From: Ruminococcus sp. | GTDB lineage: Bacteria > Bacillota > Clostridia > Lachnospirales > Lachnospiraceae | Length of the DNA stretch: 64,000 nt | NCBI GenBank assembly: GCA_050944435.1 | Contig: JBMNRB010000005.1 | Coordinates: 17,636 to 81,635 of the forward strand | Direction: 5' to 3' | In this document: positions 10,451 to 21,300 of the stretch, in pieces | Position numbering within the stretch: position 1 is the stretch's first letter | Layout of the letters: each line of letters opens with the position of its first letter | The notes under the pieces: generated by a model | Databases searched by the model: none | The model's input: the letters and a program-made list of their open reading frames with translations, nothing else | Told to the model about the DNA's origin: nothing | Made by a program: the position numbers and the translations under genes

Positions 10451-10700
10451 AATAATCTTTCAAAACCAGTTCAGTAATACCTTCATTCCATCCGTCTTCT
10501 ACACGTATGATTTTGGGATGGGTTTTCGGCTGGTAATCATCATAAATCATATCGCGGATATCGGTGCTGTTGTCAATTCCATGAACCAGACGCAGCCGGA
10601 AAACGGAAGACGACGCTTTTTCAAGTTCCTGGTCAATGGTCTGCTTTACCTCTTCTGGCCGCATGCCCTTCAGATACAGTTCAATAATGCCTTGTGTCAT
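10449..10700 (-). CDS. Small stand-alone Smr/MutS2-like domain protein (degenerate motifs)
   Basis: 'IELYLKGMRPEEVKQTIDQELE...RLRLVHG' resembles the Smr LDLHG...IIHGKG pattern; GGAGG RBS 8 nt before ATG 10700. Confidence 0.55.
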   Translation of the reverse strand: MTQGIIELYLKGMRPEEVKQTIDQELEKASSSVFRLRLVHGIDNSTDIRDMIYDDYQPKTHPKIIRVEDGWNEGITELVLKDY

Positions 10701-10787
10701 AAGATGCACCTCCCCTGAATTTATTTACTATAGGGGTATTATAACACTGTATTGCGAAAATTGCATCTGTTTTTTAAAAAAAATCTT

Positions 10788-12227
10788 TTAATTTCGCCTC
10801 CAGGTAGAAGGAGTAAACAGAGTAAGCAGAGGAAATAATTCCAGTCTGCCGGCCAGCATGTCAAACATCAGGACGAATTTGGAGAAAGGGGAGAACAGGT
10901 GGAAATTTTCCACCGGTCCAACCGCATCCAGGCCAGGTCCTATATTGTTCAGCGTGGCGGCTACTGCGGAAAAGTTCGTCATGAAACTGAAATTATCCAG
11001 GCTGACCAGCAGCACGGAAAGGGTGGTAATCAGCAGGTAAGCGATCAGAAAAATATTAATGGAACGCACGGTTTCATGACTGACTAACCGGCTGTCCATC
11101 TTAATCTTCTTGACTCCGCGGGGATGGGCGAAAGAAAACAGTTCTTTTTTTAAAGTTTTCAGCATAATCAGCAGTCGGGAAACCTTTATTCCGCCGCCGG
11201 TGCTTCCGGCACAGGCGCCCACAAACATGAGAATAATCAGCAGAGTCTGGGAAAACTGAGGCCAGAGATTAAAATCTGTGGTGGCATATCCCGTCGTCGT
11301 TATGATGGAACCCACCTGGAAAGCAGCGTGGCGCAAAGCCTCCAGGATGCTGGAAAAAGAGCCGCGGATATTCCAGGTTATGGCCAGAATAGACACCGCG
11401 ATAATTGCCAGATAAGCTCTCACTTCCTCTGAACGAAAAGCCTGCCGGAATTTCCTGCACAAAACGAGAAAATAAATATTAAAATTGACGCCGAACAGAA
11501 TCATGAAAACGGTGACAATAACCTGAAGATGAGGAGCATAGCTCGCCATACTGTCATTTTTGATACCGAAACCTCCGGTGCCGGCGGCGCCGAAGGAGAT
11601 ACATAGGGCGTCAAAGAAGGGCATGCCTCCGATCACCAGGAGGGTGATCTGAATTACAGTAAGCAAAGTGTAAATGCCATACAGGATCATGGCAGTATCA
11701 CGGACCCTGGGAACCAGTTTTTCCACGGAAGGTCCCGGACTTTCTGCACGCATCAGATACATGCGTTGACCTCCCGCCATGGGCAGCACGGCCAGGATGA
11801 AGACCAGGATTCCCATACCGCCGATCCAGTGGGTAAAACTTCTCCAGAACATAATGCAGTGGGAGAGGGCTTCCACATCTGTCAGGATGCTGGATCCAGT
11901 GGTGGTAAAGCCGGAAATGGACTCGAACAGGGCGTCTTCGATGTTGGGAATTTCCCTGCTGATCAAAAAAGGCAAAGCTCCGAAAAAGCTGAGGAAAATC
12001 CAGCTTAGAGCCACGGAAATAAAGCCTTCCTTCATATAGAAAACCATATTGGAAGGCTTCTTGTGACTTAAAAGAAAGCCGCAGGCCAGGCAAAGCGCAA
12101 TGGTGATGATAAAGGAGAAACCGGAGGTTTCCCGGTAGACCACCGCTACAATGCAGGGCAGAAGCATGAGTATGGCTTCAAATTTTAAGACACTTCCTAA
12201 AATATATCGTATGATGGATGTATTCAT
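10788..12227 (-). CDS. trkH: Trk potassium uptake membrane protein
   Basis: 'FESISGFTTTGSS', 'AGTGGF', 'ITTTGY', 'NNIGPG' pore motifs. Confidence 0.95.
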   Translation of the reverse strand: MNTSIIRYILGSVLKFEAILMLLPCIVAVVYRETSGFSFIITIALCLACGFLLSHKKPSNMVFYMKEGFISVALSWIFLSFFGALPFLISREIPNIEDALFESISGFTTTGSSILTDVEALSHCIMFWRSFTHWIGGMGILVFILAVLPMAGGQRMYLMRAESPGPSVEKLVPRVRDTAMILYGIYTLLTVIQITLLVIGGMPFFDALCISFGAAGTGGFGIKNDSMASYAPHLQVIVTVFMILFGVNFNIYFLVLCRKFRQAFRSEEVRAYLAIIAVSILAITWNIRGSFSSILEALRHAAFQVGSIITTTGYATTDFNLWPQFSQTLLIILMFVGACAGSTGGGIKVSRLLIMLKTLKKELFSFAHPRGVKKIKMDSRLVSHETVRSINIFLIAYLLITTLSVLLVSLDNFSFMTNFSAVAATLNNIGPGLDAVGPVENFHLFSPFSKFVLMFDMLAGRLELFPLLTLFTPSTWRRN

Positions 12228-12239
12228 GAGCTTTTCTCC

Positions 12240-13598
12240 CTATGGTTTCAGTATATCCTGGGCGTCTGTCAGTCCAAGAACGGTAGTCACCACGATAATC
12301 GTATCGCCGGGGAGAATTTTGTCCTGTCCGCTGGGAATAATCATACGGTTATTTCGGATTATGCAGCTGATCAGCAGATTCTTTCTGAGATCCATTTTTT
12401 CCAGAGGAATTCCCGTGATCCTGGAATCTCTCTGAATATTAAATTCCAGCGCTTCCACCCGGTCATCGAACATGCGGTACAGAGTCTCGATGTTGCTGCC
12501 GATGGAATTTTTGGTGGCGCGGACAAACTGGACGATTCTTTCAGAGGTCAGATAACGTGGATAGACCACGCTGTCCAGATCCAGATTGTGGATAACTTCT
12601 TTTAACTGAAGGCGGTTTATCTTTGTAATGACTTTCGTCTTTACTTTCTTTTTGGCAAACAGAGAGAGAAGAATATTTTCCTCATCGAAATTGGTGAGGG
12701 CGACAAAAGCATCCGCCTGTTCAATTCTTTCCTCATAGAGAAGATCTTCATCGCTGCCGTCGCCGTTTACGATAATCGCTTCAGGCAGAAGTTCACTCAG
12801 TTCTTCGCAGCGTTTTGGATTATTTTCAATAATTTTGACAGAAATCCCCAATTTTAATAACATATTGGCCAGATAGAGGGAAATTCTGCCGCCTCCGATC
12901 AACATGGCGTTTCGCACCCGATTGGATTTAATGTGGATTTTTTTGAAAAATTCCACCGAAGTTTTTCGGGAAGAAATCAAAGAAATTACATCGGAAGCCT
13001 TTAAGACAAAGTCACCGGAGGGAATGAATACCTCGTTCCCCCTTTCTACCGCGCAGATCAGAAGGTCGTTGCTCAGACTGGAAGGAATATCTTTTAACGC
13101 CATGCGATCCAGCATGGAACCTTCCCGAATGCGGAATCTCAGCAATTCCACGCGCCCTTTGGAAAAAGTGTCGATGGACAGGGCATTGGGAAAACATAAA
13201 AGCTGAGAAATTGCGGTGGCTGCTGTGAATTCGGGATTGATAATCATGGATAATCCCAGTTCTTTCAGCAGAAAATTCTGTTCCTGACTGTATATGGGAT
13301 TTCGAACCCGGGCGATGGTCTTGCATTTTCCGGCCTTTTTGGCAACAACGCAGCACAGAAGATTCAGTTCGTCCGATTCGGTCACAGCGATCAGAAGATC
13401 CGATTCCTCGATTCCCGCTTCTGCCAGAGTATTGTAGCTGGCGCAGTTTCCGGTAACTCCCATAACATCGTAAGAAGAGACCATCCTGTTTACGATGGCC
13501 TCATTGGTATCAATGATACAGATGTCATTGTCTTCCTGACTGAGCTGGGCAGTCAGGACAGTGCCCACTTTGCCGCAGCCTGCAATAATGATATTCAT
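12240..13598 (-). CDS. trkA: Trk potassium uptake NAD-binding protein
   Basis: Two RCK modules, GCGKVG and GGGRIS; 452 aa. Confidence 0.95.
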   Translation of the reverse strand: MNIIIAGCGKVGTVLTAQLSQEDNDICIIDTNEAIVNRMVSSYDVMGVTGNCASYNTLAEAGIEESDLLIAVTESDELNLLCCVVAKKAGKCKTIARVRNPIYSQEQNFLLKELGLSMIINPEFTAATAISQLLCFPNALSIDTFSKGRVELLRFRIREGSMLDRMALKDIPSSLSNDLLICAVERGNEVFIPSGDFVLKASDVISLISSRKTSVEFFKKIHIKSNRVRNAMLIGGGRISLYLANMLLKLGISVKIIENNPKRCEELSELLPEAIIVNGDGSDEDLLYEERIEQADAFVALTNFDEENILLSLFAKKKVKTKVITKINRLQLKEVIHNLDLDSVVYPRYLTSERIVQFVRATKNSIGSNIETLYRMFDDRVEALEFNIQRDSRITGIPLEKMDLRKNLLISCIIRNNRMIIPSGQDKILPGDTIIVVTTVLGLTDAQDILKP

Positions 13599-13891
13599 AG
13601 TATTTTCCTACTCTTTTCTTAGATGGTATTGTCGTATTACTTATTATAACATCTTTGTCTGATTAGGCAATGCTTTATGAGGAAGAATAGAAAAAATATA
13701 AAATAAAGAGCAACGAAAAAGGCAGGCTGTATAGACAGCGCTGCCCTTTTCGTTTTTAATGAGGGGGGAGATAGTGAGTGGTTAATCAACTATCCGATAT
13801 CTATAATAACGAAAAAATGTGAGGAAGTTGTGTTTTTTCTCTGAAAGAAATATGAAATTTCTAAAGAGAAAATGAAAAAAAGATCAGAAGA

Positions 13892-14149
13892 TTACTGCAT
13901 GGACGGCTGGGACAGCACGGATTTCACATGTTCAATTTCCTGCTGTGTAGCCATCGCCGCCGGTACATAATAGCTGTGCTGGCGGGCGGTCTGATACAGT
14001 TTTTCCTGGGACATTTCGCATTCATTGCGGAACTGCTTCAGCGTCTGTTTCAGCTGCGGATTCTCTGTCTGAGTGATATAATCCTCAAAGGTGCGCAGTT
14101 CCCCGTTGATTCCCATCAGTGTGTCTATTACCATGGCTTTTTCATTCAT
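13892..14149 (-). CDS. Spore coat (Coat F-like) small protein
   Basis: Helical 85 aa, 'ITQTENPQLKQTL...QEKLYQTARQHSYYVPA' typical of Coat F-like proteins. Confidence 0.7.
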   Translation of the reverse strand: MNEKAMVIDTLMGINGELRTFEDYITQTENPQLKQTLKQFRNECEMSQEKLYQTARQHSYYVPAAMATQQEIEHVKSVLSQPSMQ

Positions 14150-14164
14150 AATGTCTTCCTCCTC

Positions 14165-14347
14165 TTATAAAAATTCCATCAGTTCCTGACGGTGCTGCCA
14201 GGCAGAATCGGCGGCTTCCTGGAACAGTTGTTTCACATCGGGAGACTGGGCCTGATCGGCATAGGCCGTCATCTTGCAGTGACTGGTTTCATAGCTTCCG
14301 ATGAGATGGCGAAGATTCTGAAGATCCAAAATGGAAAGTTCTGTCAT
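14165..14347 (-). CDS. Small helical protein, probable spore coat-associated (60 aa)
   Basis: True start MTELSILDLQNLRHLIG after a GGAGG RBS; adjacent to the Coat F-like gene. Confidence 0.65.
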   Translation of the reverse strand: MTELSILDLQNLRHLIGSYETSHCKMTAYADQAQSPDVKQLFQEAADSAWQHRQELMEFL

Positions 14348-14477
14348 AATATACCTCCTGTAATAAAATTTTTTTACCCGGTTAGTATGTGAAAAAAGCG
14401 GAATAATATACAAAAGGTTGCCGCCGCCTTTCTTCCTGTGATACCATAGGTTAAAAAGTACACAGGGGGAATCAAAA

Positions 14478-14888
14478 ATGGAAACACGAATAGAGAAGAC
14501 CATTGAAAAAAGAAATCAGGGGTATAATTGCGCCCAGGCAGTGGCTTGTACTTACTGTGATCTGGTGGGAATGGATGAGAAGACAATGTTCAAGGTGACG
14601 GAAGGATTTGGTTCCGGGATGGCAAATATGCACGGGACCTGCGGAGCGGTTTCCGGAGCCTGCGCGTTGGCAGGAATGAAAGTAAGCAGCGGAAATCTCC
14701 AGTCGCCGGACAGCAAAGGAAAGACTTATCAGGCGGTAAAACAGATTGTGGAAGAGTTTGAACAGCAGAACGGTTCTGTGATCTGTAAGGATTTGAAAGG
14801 TGTGGAAACAGGAAAGGTCCTTCGTTCCTGCCCGGACTGCATCAAAGATGCAGCCCGTATTGCAGAGAAGATTCTTTTTGAAGCATAG
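14478..14888 (+). CDS. C_GCAxxG_C_C family putative redox-active protein
   Basis: 'GYNCAQAV', 'TCGAVSGA', 'SVICKDL', 'RSCPDC'. Confidence 0.88.
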   Translation: METRIEKTIEKRNQGYNCAQAVACTYCDLVGMDEKTMFKVTEGFGSGMANMHGTCGAVSGACALAGMKVSSGNLQSPDSKGKTYQAVKQIVEEFEQQNGSVICKDLKGVETGKVLRSCPDCIKDAARIAEKILFEA

Positions 14889-14900
14889 ATCCTCCCCGGA

Positions 14901-15455
14901 TTATGGAAGAAGAAGACCGCTTACCAGCACAAAGTGATGGGGGAGGCGGCCTTCTTCCACCCATTCCAGGTTAAGGCCCAGCAGTTTTTCTATGGTTAGC
15001 CCTACATTGCCGCCAAGGGATTCGATGGAATACCGCATCAGATCCGGGTTGCGGCAGGAGCCGCCGGTGGGTTTTGTACAGCCGTCCTTACAGAGATGAC
15101 AGCTTCCGGCGGAAAGGCTGATGCTTCCGGGATTCAATTTCTCAGCGCGAAGTAATTCGTCGCTGAGTTTTTTCTTTTCCGGCGGAAGAACCTGATTTAA
15201 AATGTCCTGAATTTCCTGCTGAGTATACGTGCGGGACAGCATGTCCTCTTCAAAAGTGATTTTGGTGGCCAGAAGCTGGAAGGTCTGATAACGGTTCCAG
15301 TATTTAATCACATCAAAATCGTAGGAAGGGCAGGACCAGACTCTGTCGTAATTGGGACAGGCTTTGCAGGCTTCCAGAAAGGTGGGAACATCTACAAATT
15401 TTTCCACATATTCCGGAACAGATATGGTTGCTTCGTGTCGTGTTGTTGTGTACAT
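14901..15455 (-). CDS. DUF2284-like Cys-rich metal-binding protein
   Basis: 'CKACPNYDRVWSCP', 'AGSCHLC...C...C...MRYSIESLG'. Confidence 0.8.
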   Translation of the reverse strand: MYTTTRHEATISVPEYVEKFVDVPTFLEACKACPNYDRVWSCPSYDFDVIKYWNRYQTFQLLATKITFEEDMLSRTYTQQEIQDILNQVLPPEKKKLSDELLRAEKLNPGSISLSAGSCHLCKDGCTKPTGGSCRNPDLMRYSIESLGGNVGLTIEKLLGLNLEWVEEGRLPHHFVLVSGLLLP

Positions 15456-15485
15456 AAGCGCACCTCCAGATGTTGTATTATTATG

Positions 15486-16157
15486 TCAGGACAGGTAGAG
15501 TTCTCCCTGTTTCCAGGCCATTTCCCAGAACTGATATTCATATTTGCTGCAGTTGATGATGATCTGTTCCAGATTTTTCAGCTGATCTTCGGAATATCCT
15601 TCGGAAAAATGATCCACCAGGTCGATCATGACGTCGTTGCAGTCACGGAAATCCTGGCTGGTGTATGTGTTTATCCAGCTGCCGTAAAAAGGATGTTCCT
15701 TGCTGCCGGGAATTTTCTCCATGTGATCTCCGATCAGCTTATAGCTCCAGGAGCAGGCTAAAACGGCAGTGGCCAGTTCAGCCATCCCTTCTTTCAGGGC
15801 GATGGATATCATGTAATTGGTGTAGGATACATTGTTCAGGCACATGGGTGTCTCATCGATCATTTCTCTGGTAATTCCCAACTGTTTCAGATAGCTTTGG
15901 TGTACCGCGTTTTCCGTATCCAGGGTTGCTGTAATGAGACTGGAGAAGAGACGCATATCTGATTCAGAAGAGGATTTTACTACTCCCATGGCAAAGACTT
16001 TTGCATACTGCATCAAATATTTGTGATCCTGAATCATATAAAACTGAAATTTTTCAATGGGCAGAGTGCCGTCTCCGATTCCGCTGACAAAGGGGTGGCT
16101 GTAATAACTTTCCCAGATGGGAAGAGCCGCCTGCAGCAGACGATTGCTTGTCTTCAT
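15486..16157 (-). CDS. tenA: Thiaminase II (HMP salvage)
   Basis: 'FQFYMIQDHKYL', 'LACSWSY' (catalytic Cys), 'WINTY', 'EYQFWEM'. Confidence 0.9.
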   Translation of the reverse strand: MKTSNRLLQAALPIWESYYSHPFVSGIGDGTLPIEKFQFYMIQDHKYLMQYAKVFAMGVVKSSSESDMRLFSSLITATLDTENAVHQSYLKQLGITREMIDETPMCLNNVSYTNYMISIALKEGMAELATAVLACSWSYKLIGDHMEKIPGSKEHPFYGSWINTYTSQDFRDCNDVMIDLVDHFSEGYSEDQLKNLEQIIINCSKYEYQFWEMAWKQGELYLS

Positions 16158-16277
16158 GTCATCCCTCTTTCCTTTTTTGTTTGTTCTCATCATATCACAT
16201 TTTTGGCGGGACTACTAGGAAATTCCCCCAAGCTGTGATAAAATTTACCGTAGTAAAGAGTGAAATGGAGTGGGAAA

Positions 16278-18203
16278 ATGCTGCGGCGTGGAGAGGTACT
16301 CAACAATACATATGAAGTAGTGGAGGAGATCGGTCAGGGCGGTGCGGGAATCGTCTATCTGGCTTACCATCTCCGCCTTCAAAAAAAAGTAGTGATTAAG
16401 AAAATGAAAGACCATTTCGGCGGAAGAATCAGTGAGCGCAGGGAGGCGGACATCCTGAAAAGTCTGCATCACAAATACCTTCCCCAGGTGTACGATTTTA
16501 TTCAGATGGGGGATTCTGTCTTTACCGTAATGGATTATATTGAAGGATGGGATCTTCTGAAATACATTCAGCAGGGACAGCAGTTCAATGAGCGGCAGCT
16601 TCTGATCTGGATGCGGCAGCTGGCCGAGGTGCTGGAATATCTGCATGGACAGAATCCGGCCATTGTGCACAGTGATATTAAACCGTCAAATATTATGATT
16701 ACCCTGGATGGAGACGTATGTCTGATTGATTTTAATGTTTCTTTCGGGGACAGCGGAATGCGGGGAATCTCCGGATACAGCCAGCGGTATGCCTCCCCGG
16801 AGCAGATTTATAAGAGTCAGCTGATGAAAAAAGGAGGAGATCCCAGGACGGTGACGGTGGATTACCGGACGGATATCTACAGCCTGGGAGCAAGCTTTTA
16901 CCATGTGATGACCGGATATCCGCCGGTAATGGACGGCGTGGCCGGCCAGCCGCTGCTTTCTTGGAGCGGCCTGCCTTACAGCCGCTGGTTTCTGGGGATC
17001 ATCGATAAATGTATGCGGGTAAATCCCATGGAGCGCTATCAGAGCGCTTCGGAGCTTCTGGGAGATCTTTTGAATATCCGGGAGAGGGACAGGGATTATA
17101 AGAAAGTCAAAACTCAGGAGAAGGTGGTGTATGCTTCGGGTATTCTGTGTATTTTGGCCGGGGTTATCTGCCTGTTCCTTGGAGGAAAACAGCTGAACAA
17201 TGAACATTTTCAGGAGGAATACCAGACGCTGGAGGAGATGGCCCAGACCGACGACTATGATCAGGTGGTTTCCACGGCGGTGGATCTTCTCAATAATAAA
17301 AAATATACCGGCGTACTGGAGGCAAACCAGGAGGAAAAGGGAAATATCCTGTATATGATTGCCAACTGTTATTTTGAACAGGAAGATTACAGTGAAGCCG
17401 TCCGTTTTTACCGGGAGGCGTTAAACTGTAACGGTGAAAATCCGGAATATTACCGGGATTATGGTATTGCCCTGGCGCGTCACGGCGATGTGGACGAGGC
17501 CGAAGCAGCCCTTAAATCGGCCATAGATCAGGGATTGGGGCAGAGTCAGATATATCTGGTACAGGCGGAGATAGCGCTGGCTCAGGAGGACTATACCACA
17601 GCGGTGGACTATTTCCGGCAGGCCATCGACGGGACGGAAGATCAGTATGATAAGTCCAGAGCCTATCTCCTCTGTGCCAGAGCTTATCGTGCCATGGGGG
17701 ATTACCGCCAGGAGATTGCCATACTGCAGGAGGCCCAGCAGCAGGCGGACAGCCGGTACCTTCCCTCCATACTGAGGGCCCTGGGTGCGGCCAGCACCCG
17801 TTATGGCGCCCAGGCCGGGGAAAGTGAGAGCGTGCAAAGCTACCAGGAAGCGCTGCGCTGTTATGAGACCCTGGTTACCCTGCCTTCGCCCAGCTTTAAC
17901 GATCAGATGAATCTGGCGGTGGTGCGTCAGATTCTGGGGGATTACCAGGGAGCCAGGGAGCAGCTTCTTTCCATGGAGCAGACCTATCCCGACGATTATC
18001 GGGTTTATATGAAGCTGGCTCTGCTTGAATGTGTGATCCAGGGGAATCTGGAGGAAAATTCCAGGGATTACAGTCAGGCGAACGCCTATTATCAGCAGGC
18101 AGAGCAGTACTATGAAAGTGTGAGAAACAGTGGAAAAAGCGACGATGAGATGCAGAACCTTGAAAATGTCATCCAGGAGCTGAAAAACAAAGGATGGCTG
18201 TAG
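16278..18203 (+). CDS. Hanks-type Ser/Thr protein kinase with one TM helix and a C-terminal TPR region
   Basis: IGQGGAGIVY, VVIKK, HSDIKPSN, DFN, SPEQ, DIYSLG; TM 'VVYASGILCILAGVICLFLGG'; repeated TPR-like helices (YFEQEDYSEAVRFYREAL). Confidence 0.9.
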   Translation: MLRRGEVLNNTYEVVEEIGQGGAGIVYLAYHLRLQKKVVIKKMKDHFGGRISERREADILKSLHHKYLPQVYDFIQMGDSVFTVMDYIEGWDLLKYIQQGQQFNERQLLIWMRQLAEVLEYLHGQNPAIVHSDIKPSNIMITLDGDVCLIDFNVSFGDSGMRGISGYSQRYASPEQIYKSQLMKKGGDPRTVTVDYRTDIYSLGASFYHVMTGYPPVMDGVAGQPLLSWSGLPYSRWFLGIIDKCMRVNPMERYQSASELLGDLLNIRERDRDYKKVKTQEKVVYASGILCILAGVICLFLGGKQLNNEHFQEEYQTLEEMAQTDDYDQVVSTAVDLLNNKKYTGVLEANQEEKGNILYMIANCYFEQEDYSEAVRFYREALNCNGENPEYYRDYGIALARHGDVDEAEAALKSAIDQGLGQSQIYLVQAEIALAQEDYTTAVDYFRQAIDGTEDQYDKSRAYLLCARAYRAMGDYRQEIAILQEAQQQADSRYLPSILRALGAASTRYGAQAGESESVQSYQEALRCYETLVTLPSPSFNDQMNLAVVRQILGDYQGAREQLLSMEQTYPDDYRVYMKLALLECVIQGNLEENSRDYSQANAYYQQAEQYYESVRNSGKSDDEMQNLENVIQELKNKGWL

Positions 18204-18227
18204 AAAGGATCAGGGGAGGAATTGAAA

Positions 18228-18368
18228 ATGACCTATGGTGAAATTCTTATGGTGTGCGGCGCAGGATTTACGGCGCTGGGACTGCTTATCCTGGTGATCG
18301 GCGGGATCGCCATGAGCGGGAAGAAGAAACGGCTGAAACAGAAGCTGTATGATAAATACGGCTTGTAG
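18228..18368 (+). CDS. Unannotated 46-aa single-TM protein in the T7SS operon
   Basis: Manual translation MTYGEILMVCGAGFTALGLLILVIGGIAMSGKKKRLKQKLYDKYGL*; GGGGAGG RBS; fills the kinase-essC gap; below the ORF-track length cutoff. Confidence 0.75.
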   Translation: MTYGEILMVCGAGFTALGLLILVIGGIAMSGKKKRLKQKLYDKYGL

Positions 18369-18376
18369 GAGGAAAT

Positions 18377-21300
18377 ATGGCATTTATTATTTCAGTATAC
18401 AGTGAGGAAGCCTTTAAAGAAATTTTGCTGCCGGCCCTTAATAATGCGGACAGTTCCGTCATTTTATACAAAGATGTGTTTCGGCTGAAAGAGGATTTGG
18501 TCCTGCCCATGGAAGTTATGGATCACAGGTGGCGTTTCCTTTACAGTCCGGATTATAAAATACAAAAAGAGGGACAGGATTATATAGGCAGGGTGATTCA
18601 GAATCGTGATGTGCTGAACTTGACGCTGCGGGAGGGAAAGCGGCTTTCCCTTCTGGTGAAGGAGACCCGGAATTCCTTTGCCGTATTTGAAAAGTATCGT
18701 CTGGACGGCATCCGCCGTTTAACGATTGGAAAGCTCCCGGAGAACGATATTCAGTACAATTCCTTTGACATGGTTTCTAAACGCCATGCTCTTCTGGAAC
18801 GGGATGAAAAGGGATGGTGCATCAAAGACCAGAACAGCGCCAACGGCGTATTTGTCAATTATCTGCGGATGGGAACAATAAAAAGTCTGCAGTTTGGAGA
18901 TCTGATCAGTATCATGGGGCTGAATATGATATTTCTGGGAGATATACTGGCCATTGATACTTCGGTGGAAAATTTACGGATAAAAGAGGATATCCTTTTG
19001 CCACTGCCGGCGCCGGAAAGAGAGAACAGAAGGCCGGCCGGCCGGTCTTCTGGGGAGGAAAATCACTATTTTCACAGAGTTCCCAGAAATATGGAACCGC
19101 TGGCGGAAGGGACGATGGAAATTGATCCGCCGCCCTCGCCGGGGAAGACGGCTGCGCGTTCTGCGCTGCTGACGGTGGGGCCTTCCCTTACCATGGCTCT
19201 GCCTATGCTGCTGGGCTGTGCAATGACGATCTATGCTTCACGGGCATCCGGAGGAAGTTCTGTTTTTATGTATACGGGCCTGGTAACCGCCGTTTCTTCC
19301 GCGTTGGTGGGAACTGTCTGGGCCCTTGCCAATATGAAGAAGCAGAAGCAGGAGACTGCCCGGCAGGAAGAAAAAAGGAGGCAGGCTTACGGGCAGTATT
19401 TGGATGAATGCGCCAGGACGCTGATGCAGCAGTATGAGCAGAATGGATATGCGATGCAGAATATGTATCCTGCGGCATATGCCTGCAGTTTTTATGACGA
19501 AAATTCCATGTATCTGTGGAACCGGAATGTCACCCATGAAGATTTTTTGTTTCAGCGTCTGGGTATCGGAGAAGTTCCTTTTCAGGTAAAGATTGGGATT
19601 CCAAAGAAGCGTTTTTCTGTGGAGAAGGATCTGCTGGCAGAGAGACCAGAGGATCTGAAAAATTCCTTCGCCATGCTTAAAGATGTTCCGGTGGGAGTGG
19701 ACTTAAAGGAGCACCGTCTGATCGGCGTAATCGGCGGCAGCGGCAGACGGGGAGCCTACCAGGTGGCCAAATGTCTGATCCTCCAGACGGCGGCCAACAT
19801 CTGTTACACCGATGTAAAGATTGCTCTGCTGTATGATCAGGCCAACAGCATTGAGGCGGAAAATTTAAAAAGTGTGAAATGGCTGCCCCATGTCTGGTCG
19901 GAAGATAAAAGGATCAGGTACGTGGGAGACACGGCGGTGGATGCGGCGGATGTGCTGTATGAACTGACGGCTGTGGTCAGGAAAAGAGCGGAAGAGGCGG
20001 CGGGAAATCCGGCAGGAAGGAAGATGCCCAAACCCCATTATCTTCTGGTGGTAACGGATCCGGCTCTGCTGGAAGGAGAGCTGATTGCCAAATACGTTTA
20101 TGAACCGCGGGAAGAATATGGGCTGACCACGGTAATCCTGGTGGAACGGTATGAGGATCTGCCCAATGCATGTGAATACATTGTGGAAAACGACGGCCAG
20201 TTTCAGGGGATTTATTCCGTAGGCAATGACAGTTCCCGGAAACAGCATGTGGTGTTTGATGATATTTCCGGGGAACAGATGGAGAATTTCGCCAGGCGTC
20301 TGTCCAGAATCGAGGTCAATGAAATTGAAACAGGGGGCGAGATCCCGGCGGATCTGTCGTTTCTGGATATGTATCATGTCGGCAGAATTGAGGATCTTCA
20401 GGTGGAGAACCGGTGGATGAAGAACAGGACCTACGATTCCATGAAGGCGTTAATCGGACAGAAGGCGGGGGGAGCGCCCTGTTATCTGGACGTCCATGAA
20501 AAGTATCACGGACCCCATGGACTGGTGGCCGGCACCACCGGTTCAGGAAAGAGCGAACTGCTTCAGACATACATTTTGTCTCTGGCAGTCAATTACAGCC
20601 CGGATGATATCAGCTTTTTTATCATTGATTTCAAAGGCGGGGGCATGGCTAATCTTTTTGCCGGGCTGCCCCACATGGCGGGACAGATCTCCAATCTGTC
20701 CGGCAATCAGATCCGCCGGGCTATGGTTTCGATTAAAAGTGAGAACAGAAGAAGACAACGTCTGTTTAACGAACACAGCGTAAACAATATTAATCAGTAC
20801 ACCCGCCTTTATAAAGACAATGAAGCTTCCGTTCCCATTCCCCATCTGTTTATCATCATTGATGAATTCGCAGAGCTGAAACGGGAGGAGCCGGATTTTA
20901 TGCGGGAGCTGATCAGTGTGGCCCAGGTGGGAAGAAGTCTGGGAGTACATTTGATTCTGGCTACCCAGAAACCCAGCGGAACTGTGGATGACAACATCTG
21001 GAGCAATTCCAAGTTCCGTCTCTGCCTGCGGGTACAGGACCGGCAGGACAGCAGTGATATGCTGCATAAGCCGGATGCGGCTTATCTGACCCAGGCCGGC
21101 CGGTGTTATCTTCAGGTGGGCAACGATGAGCTGTATGAGCTGTTCCAGTCCGGTTACAGCGGCGCTGTTTATGATGATAAGGTCAGCGGCCGGACGGATC
21201 TGGCAAAGATGGTGTCCATCACGGGAAGGGCGGCTCTGGTGGGAAACCGTATCCGGCTGAAACAAAAAGAAGAAAACCGCCGGCGCTGGATAGAGCTGCT

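Noticed and set aside
13600-13890. c-di-AMP (ydaO) riboswitch upstream of trkA
   Set aside because: No GCTGAATCC...GGTACGG core on the minus strand; only a promoter and the terminator of the upstream spore gene.
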